Assembly: GCA_964252035.1 (NCBI GenBank)
Contig: OZ176200.1
DNA length: 64,000 nt
Direction: 5' to 3' (one strand)
From: Podarcis erhardii
Lineage: Eukaryota
A program made the translations under genes and the position numbers. Positions within the stretch are counted from its first letter, which is position 1. Each line of letters starts with the position of its first letter. Below are positions 37,311 to 49,817 of this stretch, in pieces. The notes under the pieces were generated by a model. That model did no database searches. It had not been told where the DNA came from and saw only the letters and a program-made list of their open reading frames with translations.

Positions 37311-37490
37311 TCATTGGTAGAGCAACTACTTTGCCTGCAGAAGGTCTCAGGTTCAATCCCCAGCATTTCCAGGTAGGGCTGGGAATACCTCTTGTCTGAA
37401 ATCCTGGAGATCCACAGCTAGCAAATGAAATCAGTTCTGAGCTAGATGAGCCAATAGCCTGTCTTGGTATAAACGGCTTTCTCTGTTTCT
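37311..37490 (+). mobile_element. tRNA-derived SINE (Squam3-like)
   Basis: ggtagagc...gcagaaggtctcaggttcaatccccagcatttccaggtagggctggga...gagctagatg. Confidence 0.8.
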
Positions 37491-38049
37491 ATTATTAAAT
37501 ACAGTGCTGTTGTTTTCTTAGTAGGATTGTGGACAGAGGTTGTAAGTACTGGCTTTTTTGGGAGGAGGGGGACAGCATGCTGACATACACATATTAACAT
37601 TTGTCCATACAGAAAGGTCACATTCTCAGCTTCCTGTGAAATATTTCCCCCTCCGGAATGTTTTGCATGCATAGAATCACATAATGGGTTGCGAACTGTG
37701 AACTTACAAGATGAAGCAAAAATGACAGCCTATTCGGAAATGACCCAAGTCCACTCAAAGTTTGTTTCAAGAATGTGAACATTCTTGTGAGCAAATAAAT
37801 GCAGTCATTTATCTGAGTGGACATCAAAGGCTGAATATGGCAGCTGGTTTGTTTAAGGTCACTGTGACTTAGAGCTTCATAAAGAGATCATGGGGAATTA
37901 GGAGAATCAAGAATTTTGGATAAGATGTTTGAACAAGGTGGGTTCTTCCTGTGCTTGAGTCTTAAGAGTCCTGTTACCTCGAGCTCTATATCATGTCTTA
38001 CAGGAATAGGTTAATAACGGATTCTGCTCTCTCCCATTGCTCCCCCCAG

Positions 38050-38927
38050 GTTCTCTATAGGTAGCTACCCATCAGAGAACAATGGCAGCGTAGCCATTTC
38101 ATCCCAGCCATCAGCTGAGTCCAGCTTCCAATCCACCAACCTTTCTCAGGGGCCGTCGGCGAACAGCAGCTACCAAAACACCTCTACATCAACTCAGGGC
38201 CTTCCAGCCTATATGAGTGCCGACTTCCCTGATGGCCGAGCCAGCACTCAACAAGATAGCCACCCAAGGCCTCAACCCCAAGCCAATGCAGTTGGGGTCC
38301 ATGTCATGCCTGGAAGCCCCCACTCCCTCCACAGAACGGTAGCCACCAACACCCCCCCTAGCCCAGGATTTGGGCGAAGAGCTGTCAATGCTAACATGGG
38401 AGCCGTTCCAGGAAGCCCGAGCATGAGCAGGCATGTAATGGCTCCATACGGCAACCTCGTTGCATCGCCTGGGAGTCCAAGCCTAACTCGGCAGCAGCCC
38501 ATAATGGGAGGCAGCACATCCATGGTCTCTGGAAGTCCCAACTTAGATCGGCATATCATATATGGATACTCAGCTCCAGAGGAGAAGCGCCCAACGCTGT
38601 CCCGCCAAAGCAGTGCCTCAGGTTATCAGGCTCCCTCTACCCCATCTTTTCCTGTCTCCCCGGCCTACTACCATGGAGTCAGTAGCCCACATTCCTCGTC
38701 CCCTGACTCAGCAGTGTACCGGCAGGGAAGCCCCACCCCAACCCAACCACTGCTCCCTGAAAAGAGAAGGATGTCATCAGGGGATCGGTCAAACAGCCTG
38801 CCTAACTACGCCACAGTGAATGGCAAGACCTCTTCACCCATCTCCAGTGGCATGTCCAGTCCCAGCAGTGGGAGTGGCATGGCCTTCCATCATACTCTGC
38901 CTGATTTCTCCAAGTTCTCAATGCCAG
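38050..38927 (+). CDS. TNS1: TNS1 large Ser/Pro-rich exon (878 nt): [10 protein letters not shown]...[12 protein letters not shown]
   Basis: tccccccag| acceptor and CAG|gtaaaa donor, frame of ORF 38213-39118. Contains [28 protein letters not shown]. Confidence 0.95.
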
Positions 38928-39296
38928 GTAAAATCTCCGTTCTTGCTGCTTCTCACTTGAGTAGTGGGCATCATGGGAATCGGGGAGGGGGCATTTCTGG
39001 GTCTTTAGTCTTCCTATTTTACCCTGCTAATCAGTACTTGATAGATGAGAATCTGATCATCATCAAGGATTGTCCTGACATGATCAGCATCCTGATTTTT
39101 TTGCAGTGTGTCATGTAGGCACCACTACCCTGGAGTGCAAGGCTCTCCTCATTTTTTGCTTGTGATACTCCATATTTGGCATCATTTGGTTGAACACAAG
39201 TAATCTGTTTGGAATAAAATTGTCTTATCTTGATGAGACCCCATGAAACTTCCTTTCCTTGAGTTCTCCCATTTTCATTCCTTCTTTGTCTCTTAG

Positions 39297-39383
39297 ACAG
39301 CAGCCCTGAGACCAGAGCTAATGTGAAGTTTGTTCAGGATACCTCCAAGTACTGGTACAAACCAGAGATCTCCAGGGAGCAAG
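39297..39383 (+). CDS. TNS1: TNS1 exon (87 nt), start of SH2: [29 protein letters not shown]
   Basis: gtctcttag| acceptor and AAG|gtgggt donor. Confidence 0.96.
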
Positions 39384-40853
39384 GTGGGTCTCTGCCCTAG
39401 CAGAACAGAGTGGCTCGGCGGACAACACTTGGCAGTCATACGCTCAACATTTGAGTGACTTGGGGCTCGTCCACACTCTGCTTGTCCCATGCCTAGAAAG
39501 CACAGATCTGAGAGGTTTTTTGCTTGTCCTGTGCTTTCTATGAACAGGTTTGATAAGTTTTCCATTTGCTCTTCTGCTTTTCCAGGAAAACTCACTCTTT
39601 ACTACTGAATTGGAACAAATGTCAATCAGTGGAAAACCCAATTGCTGTTTGCTCCAATTCTGTGATAAAGAGCAGGTCTTCCCCAGGGAAAAGCAGCCAA
39701 CTACAAGCTGAAGTGTGGAGGAGCCATTGCTTTGGTCCTTGGCATTCAAAGAAATTGCAAAAGCTGCAAGGACAAATCAAACACTTCCAGAACATTTTTC
39801 CTCCTCCAGGGGCCTCCATTATGACAGAACTTAAAGTACGTCCTCTTGGAATCCTATTGCTAACCACAGTGATTCTGCACTAGCCATGGCTGGCTAACAT
39901 TGGCTATTTTTACAGCACATCTGCACCTAGTACGATAACATTCCCATTGCCACTTGGCAAAATGATACAGATGACCAGACTATCTCAAGATGAGAGAGCT
40001 TGCCACAGGAATAGTTAGGCTGTTTATATATGGAATCATTGGCATCGGTGGCAGGAGGAACTTGGATACAGATTCCAGATTTGGTCTGTATCAAGCTCCT
40101 AGACTCTGGTGGATGGTACAGTTATCGTATGCCAACGTAACCAAGTATTCCTCTTGCCTTCAACCTGTTAGAACACACATTCTCTTTATAGATGCTTTTT
40201 AAGATGTTTATTTGGGGGAAAAAATAGCTTGACTTGCCTCACTGCCCCTCAGAAACCTTTACAACTTTAGTCTAAACAGTCCTGGTCCCTTCAACCATTC
40301 CCTCATAGAACTGGTATTCCAAAAACCTAGCCTTCTTTGTTTCTCTCCTCTGAACCCTAGCCAGTTTGACAGTATTAAAAATAAAGTGCAATTAAGTAGC
40401 TTAATCCTTTGAAGGCTATATCCTTTCACCCGTTCATCACTGCTTTGATTCACCCAGTGGCCAGTTGTAGTCTGATGGCTATTTTAAGTGGTGATGGGCA
40501 TTTCCAAAGCTATTAGATGTTACCTGTTCCTATACTCAGCAATGGAAAGTTTAGTTGTGTTCCTTTCTCTCCCCTAAATTAAATCCAAACAGTGGAAAAC
40601 TTCTCTAATCTCAAGGGAAGTAGGAGTTGACTCTGAGACTTTCATAAGACCCAAACAACTAAATTAGACTGAATAATAAAAGTGACTCTTTCTAGCCTAA
40701 AAGTGGAGTGGATCTTTATTTCTAGCTTAACCCTTATCCTAAGGCAGGATAGCCTGTATCCCCAGCAGATGCTTGCCCAAATGTTTCTCACAATTTTCTT
40801 GGTAATATCCACTCCACAACAAGAACACACTCCTTGTTTAAACAATTGTAGTA

Positions 40854-41078
40854 CAGTGGTACCTCGGGTTAAGTACTTAATTCGTTCCGGAGGTCCGTTC
40901 TTAACTTGAAGCACCACTGTAGTTAATGGGGCCTCCTGCTGCCGTTGTGCTGCAGCCGTGTGATTTCTGTTCTCATCCTGAAGCAAAGTTCTTAACCCGA
41001 GGTACTATTTCTGGATTAGCGGAGTCTGTAACCTGAAGCGTATGTAACCTGAAGCATATGTAACCCGAGGTACCACTG
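40854..41078. mobile_element. Tigger/pogo-like MITE (225 bp)
   Basis: Perfect 18-bp TIRs cagtggtacctcgggtta / taacccgaggtaccactg, with TA TSD. Confidence 0.92.
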
Positions 41079-41456
41079 TAATGGCAAGCTGGATAGGAAG
41101 GTAGTGGGGCCCTGAATTGCTGCTTTTGCTTCAAAATAAGAGTGGCCAGCTTAAGCATATTTTATAAAAAGTCGTGAGTAATGTAAGGTGTAGTTTGGTC
41201 CTCAGAGGCTGGGCTCTGTGTGTTTCATCTGCTGTGCCACATTACAGCTTCAATTTTTTCACAGATCACATTTATTCTAGAAATCCAGCGAATGACAACT
41301 GAAGAGTGATCAGTGCAGACGGACATTGCTTAGAAGTCTCTAACTGCTGGTTCTATAAGGGAGAAGCTAGATGTGATATCAAACAAATGCTTGCCACTGA
41401 AAACAGTGCCTCTCTTTCACCGAAATGTTTACATATAGTTTGATGTCATCATACTC

Positions 41457-41570
41457 GGTTATATCAGCTGCTAGTTCTACTCAAAGTAGACCCACTGAAA
41501 TTAATGAACATGACTAGGGACTACTAATGCAACGGTCTACTTTGAGTAAAACATAGTTGGATACAACCCA
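41457..41570. mobile_element. Palindromic MITE-like repeat
   Basis: Perfect 15-bp arms tactcaaagtagacc (41478-41492) / ggtctactttgagta (41534-41548), with outer ggttatatc / gatacaacc. Confidence 0.75.
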
Positions 41571-42959
41571 CTCTTCATTCCCCTGCTCTCTCCCATTAGC
41601 AGCTGATGATATAGAGCATGGATGAGGGTAAACACAATGCAATGAAGCCACACCACATATTTCAGTAATCTGAGCACAGGATCGGGGGCTTTTTGGCAGC
41701 AAACCTGTACTTGGCATTGCAACATTTAGGCCTAAGTGGATTTTAACCTTGGCCACTGGCTGTGGGAAGAGAAATGCAAAGTGATCTGTAGAAAGATCCA
41801 GCAGTAATGTGAAATTGGAGCAAGACATTTCCCCACTTAGAGTGCCTTGAAATGTAGAGCCTTCTGGTGCTTGTGCTATCCCTTCAGCTTCAGAAGTGTA
41901 CGGTTTCTTGCCCAGCACAGATTAACAATTCATCCTCACCTCTATGCAATTTCTCACCTCCTAAAATAGATGGTTCAGGTCCACTATTGACACGTGTAAT
42001 AGGGGAGTCTGCAACAGACGTGACAAGTGCACACTTTGGATCCCTCTGTTGACATGTGGACATGCATGTACTACTGAGTCACAGGGACTGAAAAAAGAGA
42101 GGCACCCACTGACAGAGAGTTAATGACTTCACTAGTACTGTGCAGTATTGAATTTACATTTTTAAGAAGAAAATAATAGAAGTGGTTTTTAGAACAATTC
42201 CATCCTATGGTGGCTTATGTTTACATGCAAAGATGTGCAAATAAGTATATGCTATATTGGGGTAGTCAAGGTGTTGAGGCTTAGAGATCTTGCAAGCATG
42301 TTGGTTGTGATTTTGGCCACGAGCCATGTTATAATGATGAATGAGGTGCCTCTGTCCCCAGCCAATGCTGGTAAGCTACCTCTCAGATAATTGTGAGCGA
42401 CCCCTTTAAAAGACTTTGTTTATGTTTCTGTCAACAGCAATTCCTCTCACCCATTCAACAGCTGAGGCACTTGGCAGCCCAGCTCTGCAGATCCATCCTT
42501 AATCCAAGAACACGTCCCCTCATTTCCTTCATGTCTCCCCTTGCAAGGGTAAAGTGACTGTTACTGAATGGAGGCTGGCCCTGTTTCAGATCAGATTCTC
42601 TGGGGCAAGGACTTTCTTGTTCCTCCTGCAGTTTTACTTTTGCCTTAATCAAATCTTAGAAGGATATTTGCTTTCAAGTATACAAGTAAATTAGAAAATC
42701 CTGCATTAGATGTGTCAAAGGTTCAGGAACTAATTCAACATGTGCTAAGGTTATTGCTGCTGCGATGGGCAAATTCCTGGTACTGTAGCTACAATGGAGA
42801 GGATACTTGGTGGGAAATGCTAGGACTAGTTGTGTGAATTGGGCCTCAGAGCCTTTTCTTATACATTTAATGTACGTTGATTTCTTTAACATTTGTCCAG
42901 TAAGTGCCCTATACTGCTTGGATCCATTTACATACATGAGATATGTTCTTCTTTCTCAG

Positions 42960-43091
42960 CCATTGCACTGCTGAAAGACAAGGAACCTGGGGCTTTTATC
43001 ATTCGAGACAGCCACTCCTTCCGAGGAGCCTATGGATTGGCCATGAAAGTTGCTTCTCCGCCTCCTGGTATTTTGCAACAGAGCAAGAAAG
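42960..43091 (+). CDS. TNS1: TNS1 SH2 exon (132 nt): [31 protein letters not shown]...QQSKK
   Basis: ctttctcag| acceptor and AAG|gtatcc donor. FIIRDS is the SH2 FLVR-equivalent signature. Confidence 0.97.
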
Positions 43092-43617
43092 GTATCCCCT
43101 TCTTTCACTTTTAGTAATCCCTCCCCTCTCCCCCGTAGCCCTAATGGAACACATAAAATGCAGATCACTCTCAACCCTGACAGTATCTGTTTATCTGAAA
43201 ATGGGATATATTTGGGCGGTTATACCCCTGCCAAGGGAATGCCTGGATGCCAAATTCTGTGCCAGGTATGATATTTCATACTTTCAGTGTTTGTGGCTTA
43301 TGCTAATAGCAAGCCCCTGTTTTCAGACTAGGCTTCAAATGTTTTGTCTTGTGAGGAAACAGAGATTGAGATTTTGTATCCTATCAGGAGCTTTTCTAAA
43401 TAGGAACTGAGCTGCGGCATGGGAAATCAGGGCGTGACTGATATGATTAGTTCATTAGAAAACACATTCTTACTCCAGATTGCACACAGCTATGCCATCT
43501 TGTGGCGATAACAACAAAAATTCTGTGTGAAGTCAGGGCCTTGAGTTTCTTCTGCCATAAATAGTGATGCCGATAACCTGCTTTCATTGCTTCATATATG
43601 ACCATTTCTAGCATGTA

Positions 43618-43860
43618 AAAAGGTAAAGGGACCCCTGACCATTAGGTCCAGTCGTGGCCGACTCTTGGGTTGCGGCGCTCATCTCGCTTTATTGGCTGAG
43701 GGAGCCGGCATACAGCTTCTGGGTCATGTGGCCAGCATGACTAAGCCGCTTCTGGCGAACCAGAGCAGTGCACGGAAACGCTGTTTACCTTCCCGCCAGA
43801 GCGGTACCTATTTATCTACTTGCACTTTGACGTGCTTTCGAACTGCTAGGTTGGCAGGAG
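43618..43860 (-). mobile_element. Sauria SINE, 5'-truncated
   Basis: Reverse complement of the 1073 copy without the tRNA head; perfect 12-bp TSD ttctagcatgta at 43606-43617 and 43861-43872. Confidence 0.95.
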
Positions 43861-44047
43861 TTCTAGCATGTAGCGTGGAGTAAAGGAAGTCACTATAACT
43901 GAGAAGGTAAATTGATATAATTTCCTTTTGCTTGCCATTGAAGGGCAGCATGGTATGAGTTTATGGCCCACCATAAACTAAATCAGAGTGTTATGGCTTG
44001 AAAGATGCTTTCAGAACTTGCAATGAAATCCTGATTTGTCCCAACAG

Positions 44048-44140
44048 GAGATCTCACCAATGAGCTGGTTAGGCACTTTCTGATAGAAACCAGCCCTAAA
44101 GGTGTGAAACTAAAAGGATGCCCCAATGAACCAAATTTTG
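44048..44140 (+). CDS. TNS1: TNS1 SH2 exon (93 nt): [31 protein letters not shown]
   Basis: cccaacag| acceptor and TTG|gtaagt donor. Confidence 0.97.
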
Positions 44141-44712
44141 GTAAGTGCCTACTTTAAAAATGAATTAGAAATACTTTGTATAAACCTTTCCTGCCCTCTG
44201 CTTTTCATAAATAGAACTGCCTGGTCCCATCCCACTCTCTTGCGTTTTATTGAAGATAAATGTTCTGCCCAATTCTGCCCTCTTGTGGAGGCTGTGGTGA
44301 AAAAACAACAATATTATATATATTTCAAGGACTTCTGGCACTAGGGAGAAATGGATATAACAGAAACCAAGATGCATAATGATAATTTTGTTGATATATG
44401 TTTCTTAATAATAACTTATTGTGCTGTCTTGATTAATTTTTTATTATATACATTAAGCTTTTGCAAATTATATATAGAGAGAGAGCATGTGTCTTAGAAT
44501 CAAAAGTAATCTGAGCAACAGATTTCAGAATTTGACCCTGGACATTCAGATATTTAGACAGCTAAGTATCCAATTCATTTGGTGCATTGTATAGAAATCA
44601 CTGAGGATAAACATAGCATCACATCAGAATGTAGCAGCAGAAACTGAGTGCCACCAAATTGCACCATCGGGTATCTTTAACTTTTGTCATATTTCCCTGT
44701 TCTCTTGCCCAG

Positions 44713-44790
44713 GTTGCTTGTCAGCTCTTGTGTACCAGCACTCCATCATGCCTCTGGCCTTGCCCTGCAAGCTGGTCATTCCCGATCGAG
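44713..44790 (+). CDS. TNS1: TNS1 SH2-end exon (78 nt): [26 protein letters not shown]
   Basis: cttgcccag| acceptor and GAG|gtaaag donor. Confidence 0.97.
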
Positions 44791-45990
44791 GTAAAGACAT
44801 GTACATAGTGTGGAAAGCACTTGTGGGCATCAGGAGCAGAGTACATGGAGAGAACACCACCGTTTATTCATCAGGAGTGTGTGTGTGTGTTCAAAAGCTC
44901 TCAAAAGAAGAGTCACTTTTTTGTATTCCTGGTTTGATACAAATGACCAGATTAGAAGTTCTAGAACCTTTCCCTGCAGACCCACCTGCCTTAAGAGTTT
45001 TAGGGTTGAAATACTGTATGTCTGAAGACAGGAGCCTTGAATCAGACGATTACAGGAGTCATAAATACACAACTTACATGAAGGGTGCAGGAGAATGCTT
45101 ATATTTAATAAATATAAGTGTTTACTTGGGGGCAGCCATGCTTTTACTGTAAAATCTCCCCTGAAAGCAATGGAATAGCCTCAAGTTCAGTTGCTCCCTG
45201 TGGGACTTGTTCCCCATATCTATTCAAAAGTGTATAATGGCAAGAACCCACTGCACAGTAGCTTCTTGTACTGTGTGTGGCTGGAAGACTCTCTGGAGCT
45301 TTGGGAAAGGATTTTTAAAATTGGGAGGGGGCGGAAGCAGCACTGGAAACCTTGGTCTATCTAATAAAGAAATCTGCCATATTGCAGATTTTAAAGTGGA
45401 CTCATTATGTGATACAGATCAAATCAGGTGAGTCCACTTTGAAATCCAAGATTCCTCCCCCATCCCTAGGCTTATACTGAGGGAACAGGAGAAAAGAGAA
45501 TGTTCAGTTTTATAAAGGATAAGGAATCATAAGGAACTTGCATAAACATAACAAATTCTGTCTCCAACATGTTTCACTGAAAGCAATTTAGGTAGCAGTG
45601 AGATTAGCGAGCAGCAACACTGTATTTCTCTATCTCTGTTGGTGTGCGATTGTCCCCTGGGAATCATGCAGAGGGACAAACTCTGTAAAAGGCACTGACT
45701 GTATGTTCATTTTTCATGAATTCAGGATAATCCTTCCTGCTTTAATTTAGTTGACTTTTAATGGCTACCTCCTGCTGGTTCTGTTTACAAAAATATGAAG
45801 ATGAGAGAGAATCTTTTCTCCATACATAAAAATGTATTGCTAGAATTGTTAAGGGGAAGTCAACCTGTACCCCTTGTGACACCAGTTGTGGGTACAGCAA
45901 GGTAACATGAATGTGTTAAATGAACTTGGGCATGAACTTGAGCATGTGGCCAAAAACTTCCCTTCTTTTTTTTCTTTTTCTTTTTTGAAG

Positions 45991-46062
45991 ATCCCATGGA
46001 TGAAACAAAAGAGACAACCACATCAAGCAACTCAGCAACAGACTTGCTCAAACAGGGAGCAG
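45991..46062 (+). CDS. TNS1: TNS1 SH2-PTB linker exon (72 nt): DPMDETKETTTSSNSATDLLKQGA
   Basis: Long T-rich tract plus gaag| acceptor, and CAG|gtgagt donor. Confidence 0.95.
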
Positions 46063-46872
46063 GTGAGTAGCTTGGATAGAAAGGGGAAATATTTCAACCA
46101 GTTTAGAAGCCTTTTACTGAAATGAAACCTCCCCAACCTTGTCTGGGAATAAAGCCCCTTGTATACAGTCTCTGGAATTTACTGAGCAGCACTGCATGAA
46201 AATGTTTAAAAATATTCTTTCTACTTAACTTGGTAGTACTCAGAGCAAGCTCTGTACCCACATACATGGCCCTTTTGTTCCTTTATCATACATTTAAAGC
46301 CCTGCGGTTCCTTGTACCTGGAGCAGTGCAAAACTGATAACGTTTTTGCCTGAGCATTACAGGTACACTGTGAGCATTCATAATTGCATAATGTTTTAAG
46401 GTCTTGTAGTGTGCTATTGTAATTTCACTGTACTTTTAAAATATTTAATTTAAAATTTTAAAATTTGCTTTTGAAATTTTAGTTTAAAAGTTGTGCTGCG
46501 TTTTTCTTACCAGCTTTAACTATCAGTCAAGTTCTTCGCACACTATCACAATGATACTAGCAAGCATCTATGACTGGCTGTCAGTTGGCTGGGCAAAACT
46601 AAACTCAGCTTTCTATAATCTTCCTGTTTTTGTTTTGTTGTTATCTTATGAAAACAAAGCAATTGTCCCTAGTGTTATTAGAAGATTGTGTTAGCGCACA
46701 CAGTGTTGATATTATCGGCTCATTTTGACCAGTGGAAGCCTTGCGTGGAAATTAGCCATCAGGAGAAAAGCTCTGACTAGCTTATTTCTTTCCAAGATTA
46801 CAGTGGTCCCAGCAAGATAAAGAACTGGAATAAAGCTTGTAGGCAATGGAAGGGTTCATGGTAGGCTTGGCT

Positions 46873-46975
46873 AAACCATGGGTCTCCAGATCTTGTCAAA
46901 CTTCAGTTCCCACCAGCCACAGCCAGCAATTTGCCAGTCATCAGCGAAGGTTGTAGTTGAACAATTGGTCCATGG
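46873..46975. mobile_element. Degraded hAT-type MITE just upstream of the L1
   Basis: ctccagatcttg...cttcagttcccaccagcc...ggttgtagtt, with ccatgg at both ends. Confidence 0.5.
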
Positions 46976-46993
46976 CATTTGAAAGTGGCCAAT

Positions 46994-49456
46994 TTTTGAA
47001 AAAGAATGGACTATCAAAATTGTCACAAGAAAATAGAGTAATCCTGAACTCTAAAATAACACGACAAGAGATTGAACAAGCCATTCAGAACATGCAATTG
47101 GGCAAATCTCCAGGGCCAGATGGGCTCACCTCCAAGTACTATAAGATATTGAAAGACTATTTGATACAACCATTGTTGGAGGTTAGCAATGAAATTTTGG
47201 AGGGGAAGAAGGCGCCGGAATCGTGGAAAGAAGCTTTTATCACATTGATACCAAAATCGGAAACTGAAAAGACTCAACTTAAGAACTACCGCCCCATCTC
47301 TCTTCTAAATGTGGATTACAAAATATTTGCAGACATTTTAGCAAGTAGATTTAAAAAAGTTTTGAATCAGGTAATTCATAAAGATCAGGCAGGCTTTCTC
47401 CCAGGCAGACATTTGTTTGCTAATACAAGGAACATAATTGATATTTTGGAACTTTTGCAAACAAATATCAGTACAAAAGCAGTTTTAATTTTTATAGATG
47501 CGGAGAAGGCCTTTGATAATATTTCTTGGAAATTTATGAAGGGAAATTTGGAAGGGATGGGGGTGGGACGGAGTTTTGGGAATGGGATTGATGCAATTTA
47601 TTCAGAACAAAAGGCTAAACTGATAGTCAACAATGTGATTACAGAAGAGTTCAAAATTGAAAAAGGAACATGACAAGGCTGCCCAATTTCCCCATTGTTA
47701 TTTATTTCTGTCCTGGAGGTGCTCTTGAACATGATCAGGGGGGACCGGTTGGTGGAAGGTATTCAGGTCGGAGCGAAGCAATATAAACTTAAAGCGTTTG
47801 CAGATGACCTAGTTCTGACCCTACAGGAGCCAGAATCTAGTACGAAAAAAGTATTACAACTGATTCAAGAGTTTGGTCGGGTAGCGGGATTTAAGTTAAA
47901 CAAGCAGAAAACCAAGGTATTGGGGAAAAATTTGACAGTTACAGAGTCAGAACGGTTTCAGAAAGAGACAGAGTTGAATGTGGTTAAAAAAGTAAAATAC
48001 CTAGGGGTAAACATAACAGCAAAAAATCTGAGTCTATTCAAAGATAATTATGAGAAATGCTGGGCAGAAATTAAGAGAGACTTAGAAAGTTGGACAAGAT
48101 TGAAACTTTCCTTGTTAGGCCGAATCGCTGCTGTAAAGATGAATGTATTACCGAAAATGCTTTTTTTTATTTCAAACATTACAGATTGTGGACAAAACAG
48201 AGTGTTTCCGAAAGTGGCAGAGAGATATTTCCAAATTTGTCTGGCAGGGCAAAAAGCCCAGAATTAAGTTTAAGATATTAACTGACGCAAAAGAAAGAGG
48301 GGGCTTTGCCCTGCCAGACTTAAGGCTGTATTATGAATCAGCAGCTTTTTGCTGGTTGAAAGATTGGCTGCTTCTCGAGGACACTGATGTTTTAGATTTG
48401 GAAGGTTTTGACAATGCGTTTGGCTGGCATGCATATTTATGGTATGACAAGGTCAAGATTAATAAGAATTTCAAGAACCATATTGTCAGAAAAGCAGTGT
48501 TCAATGTCTGGACAAAATATAAAGACTTATTGGAAAATAAAACTCCAAGGTGGCCTTCACCACTGGAAGCTAAGGCCTGGAAAAGACCCAATATGGAGGC
48601 CAAATGGCCGAAGTATTGGGAAATCTTAGAAAAAGATGGAGATAACTGGAAATTGCAGAGTCAGGAAAAAATGAAAGACAAAGTGCGGGATTGGTTACAT
48701 TATGCTCAGATTAAAGAAGTTTTTAAACTTGATAGAAAGTTAGGATTCCAGGTGGAAAAATCGAAGCTAGAAACTGAACTGTTAGAGCCTAAGACTAAGG
48801 TACTTTCAAGAATGTATAACTTGCTGTTAAAATGGAACACACAAGATGAAATGGTTAAATCGGCTATGATAAAGTGGGCACAGGACATTGGGTATAATAT
48901 CATGTTTGAGGACTGGGAAAAGTTGTGGACTACTGGGCTGAATTTCACTGCATGCAATGCTCTGAAAGAAAACGTAATGAAAATGATATATAGATGGTAC
49001 ATGACCCCAGTCAAACTTGCAAAAATATACCACTTGTCTGATAATAAGTGTTGGAAGTGTAAGGAAAATGAAGGAACGTTCTTTCACCTTTGGTGGACCT
49101 GCCCCAAGGTGAAGGCTTTCTGGGAAATGATATATAATGAACTGAAAAAGGTATTTAAGTATACCTTCCTTAAGAAACCAGAGGCCTTCCTTTTGGGTAT
49201 TGTTGGCCAAGGGGTGTTAAAGAAGGATCGAACATTTTTTATGTATGCAACAACAGCAGCAAGGATACTCGTTGCCAAGCACTGGAAAACCCAAAATCTA
49301 CCCACACTGGAAGAATGGCAGATGCAACTGATAGACTATATGGAACTGGCCGAGATGACTGGCAGAATCCGAGACCTGGGAGAGGAGACGGTGGAAGAAG
49401 ACTGGAAGAAATTTAAGGACTATTTGCAAAAATATTGTAAACTGTATGAATGTTAA
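46994..49456 (+). pseudogene. Disrupted L1 ORF2 (reverse transcriptase plus Cys-rich domain)
   Basis: Three ORF-track pieces join into one ORF2 after correcting a TGA at 47671-47673 (GT*QGCP, normally GTRQGCP) and a +1 T in the T8 run at 48161-48168. Confidence 0.9.
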
Positions 49457-49817
49457 GGAGGATGCTTGATCATAAACAATTTGGCACCATCGAATTAGAT
49501 GAAGTGAATTATGAAGATAAGTTAAATTCATGGAAAAATCAATTTTTTAGATAATGATTAGGCTAAGCTAAATGTTTTAAAGAGTGAAATGAATATATCT
49601 AAAATTTAAGATATAACATTGGAAAATTAGATTCCAAGGTGGGGACAAGGTGATAAATTGCTGGACTAATGTTTTTTATAATTTTGGAACGTAGGAGCGG
49701 GAGATGAGAGGAAGTCCAAAGAGGATAAGAAAATATGTTATAAAATGTGATATTTTTGTATGCTTTGTTTTTTGTGTTGTAATTAAAAAACCCTTAATAA
49801 ATATTATAAAAAAAAAA
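46994..49817 (+). mobile_element. L1-clade LINE, 5'-truncated (2.8 kb): partial ORF2, 3' UTR and polyA
   Basis: RT motifs KSPGPDG, YRPISLLNVDYKI, DAEKAFD, QGCP, FADD; C-terminal CWKC...HLWWTC knuckle; AATAAA at 49796-49801; A-tail to 49817; 14-bp TSD tgaaagtggccaat at 46980-46993 and 49818-49831. Confidence 0.96.

Noticed and set aside
37311-37365. tRNA gene
   Set aside because: The tRNA-like A/B-box sequence is a decayed SINE head that continues into a SINE body; there is no complete cloverleaf. The same applies at 1073, 12850, 51650 and 52030.
39170-39179. Perfect CArG box CCATATTTGG as an SRF enhancer
   Set aside because: Several such 10-mers are expected by chance in 64 kb of this base composition, and there is no supporting evidence.
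48161-48168. Programmed ribosomal frameshift in L1 ORF2 at the T8 run
   Set aside because: L1 ORF2 is normally one frame and the copy is already truncated and stop-disrupted. A homopolymer indel or sequencing error is simpler.
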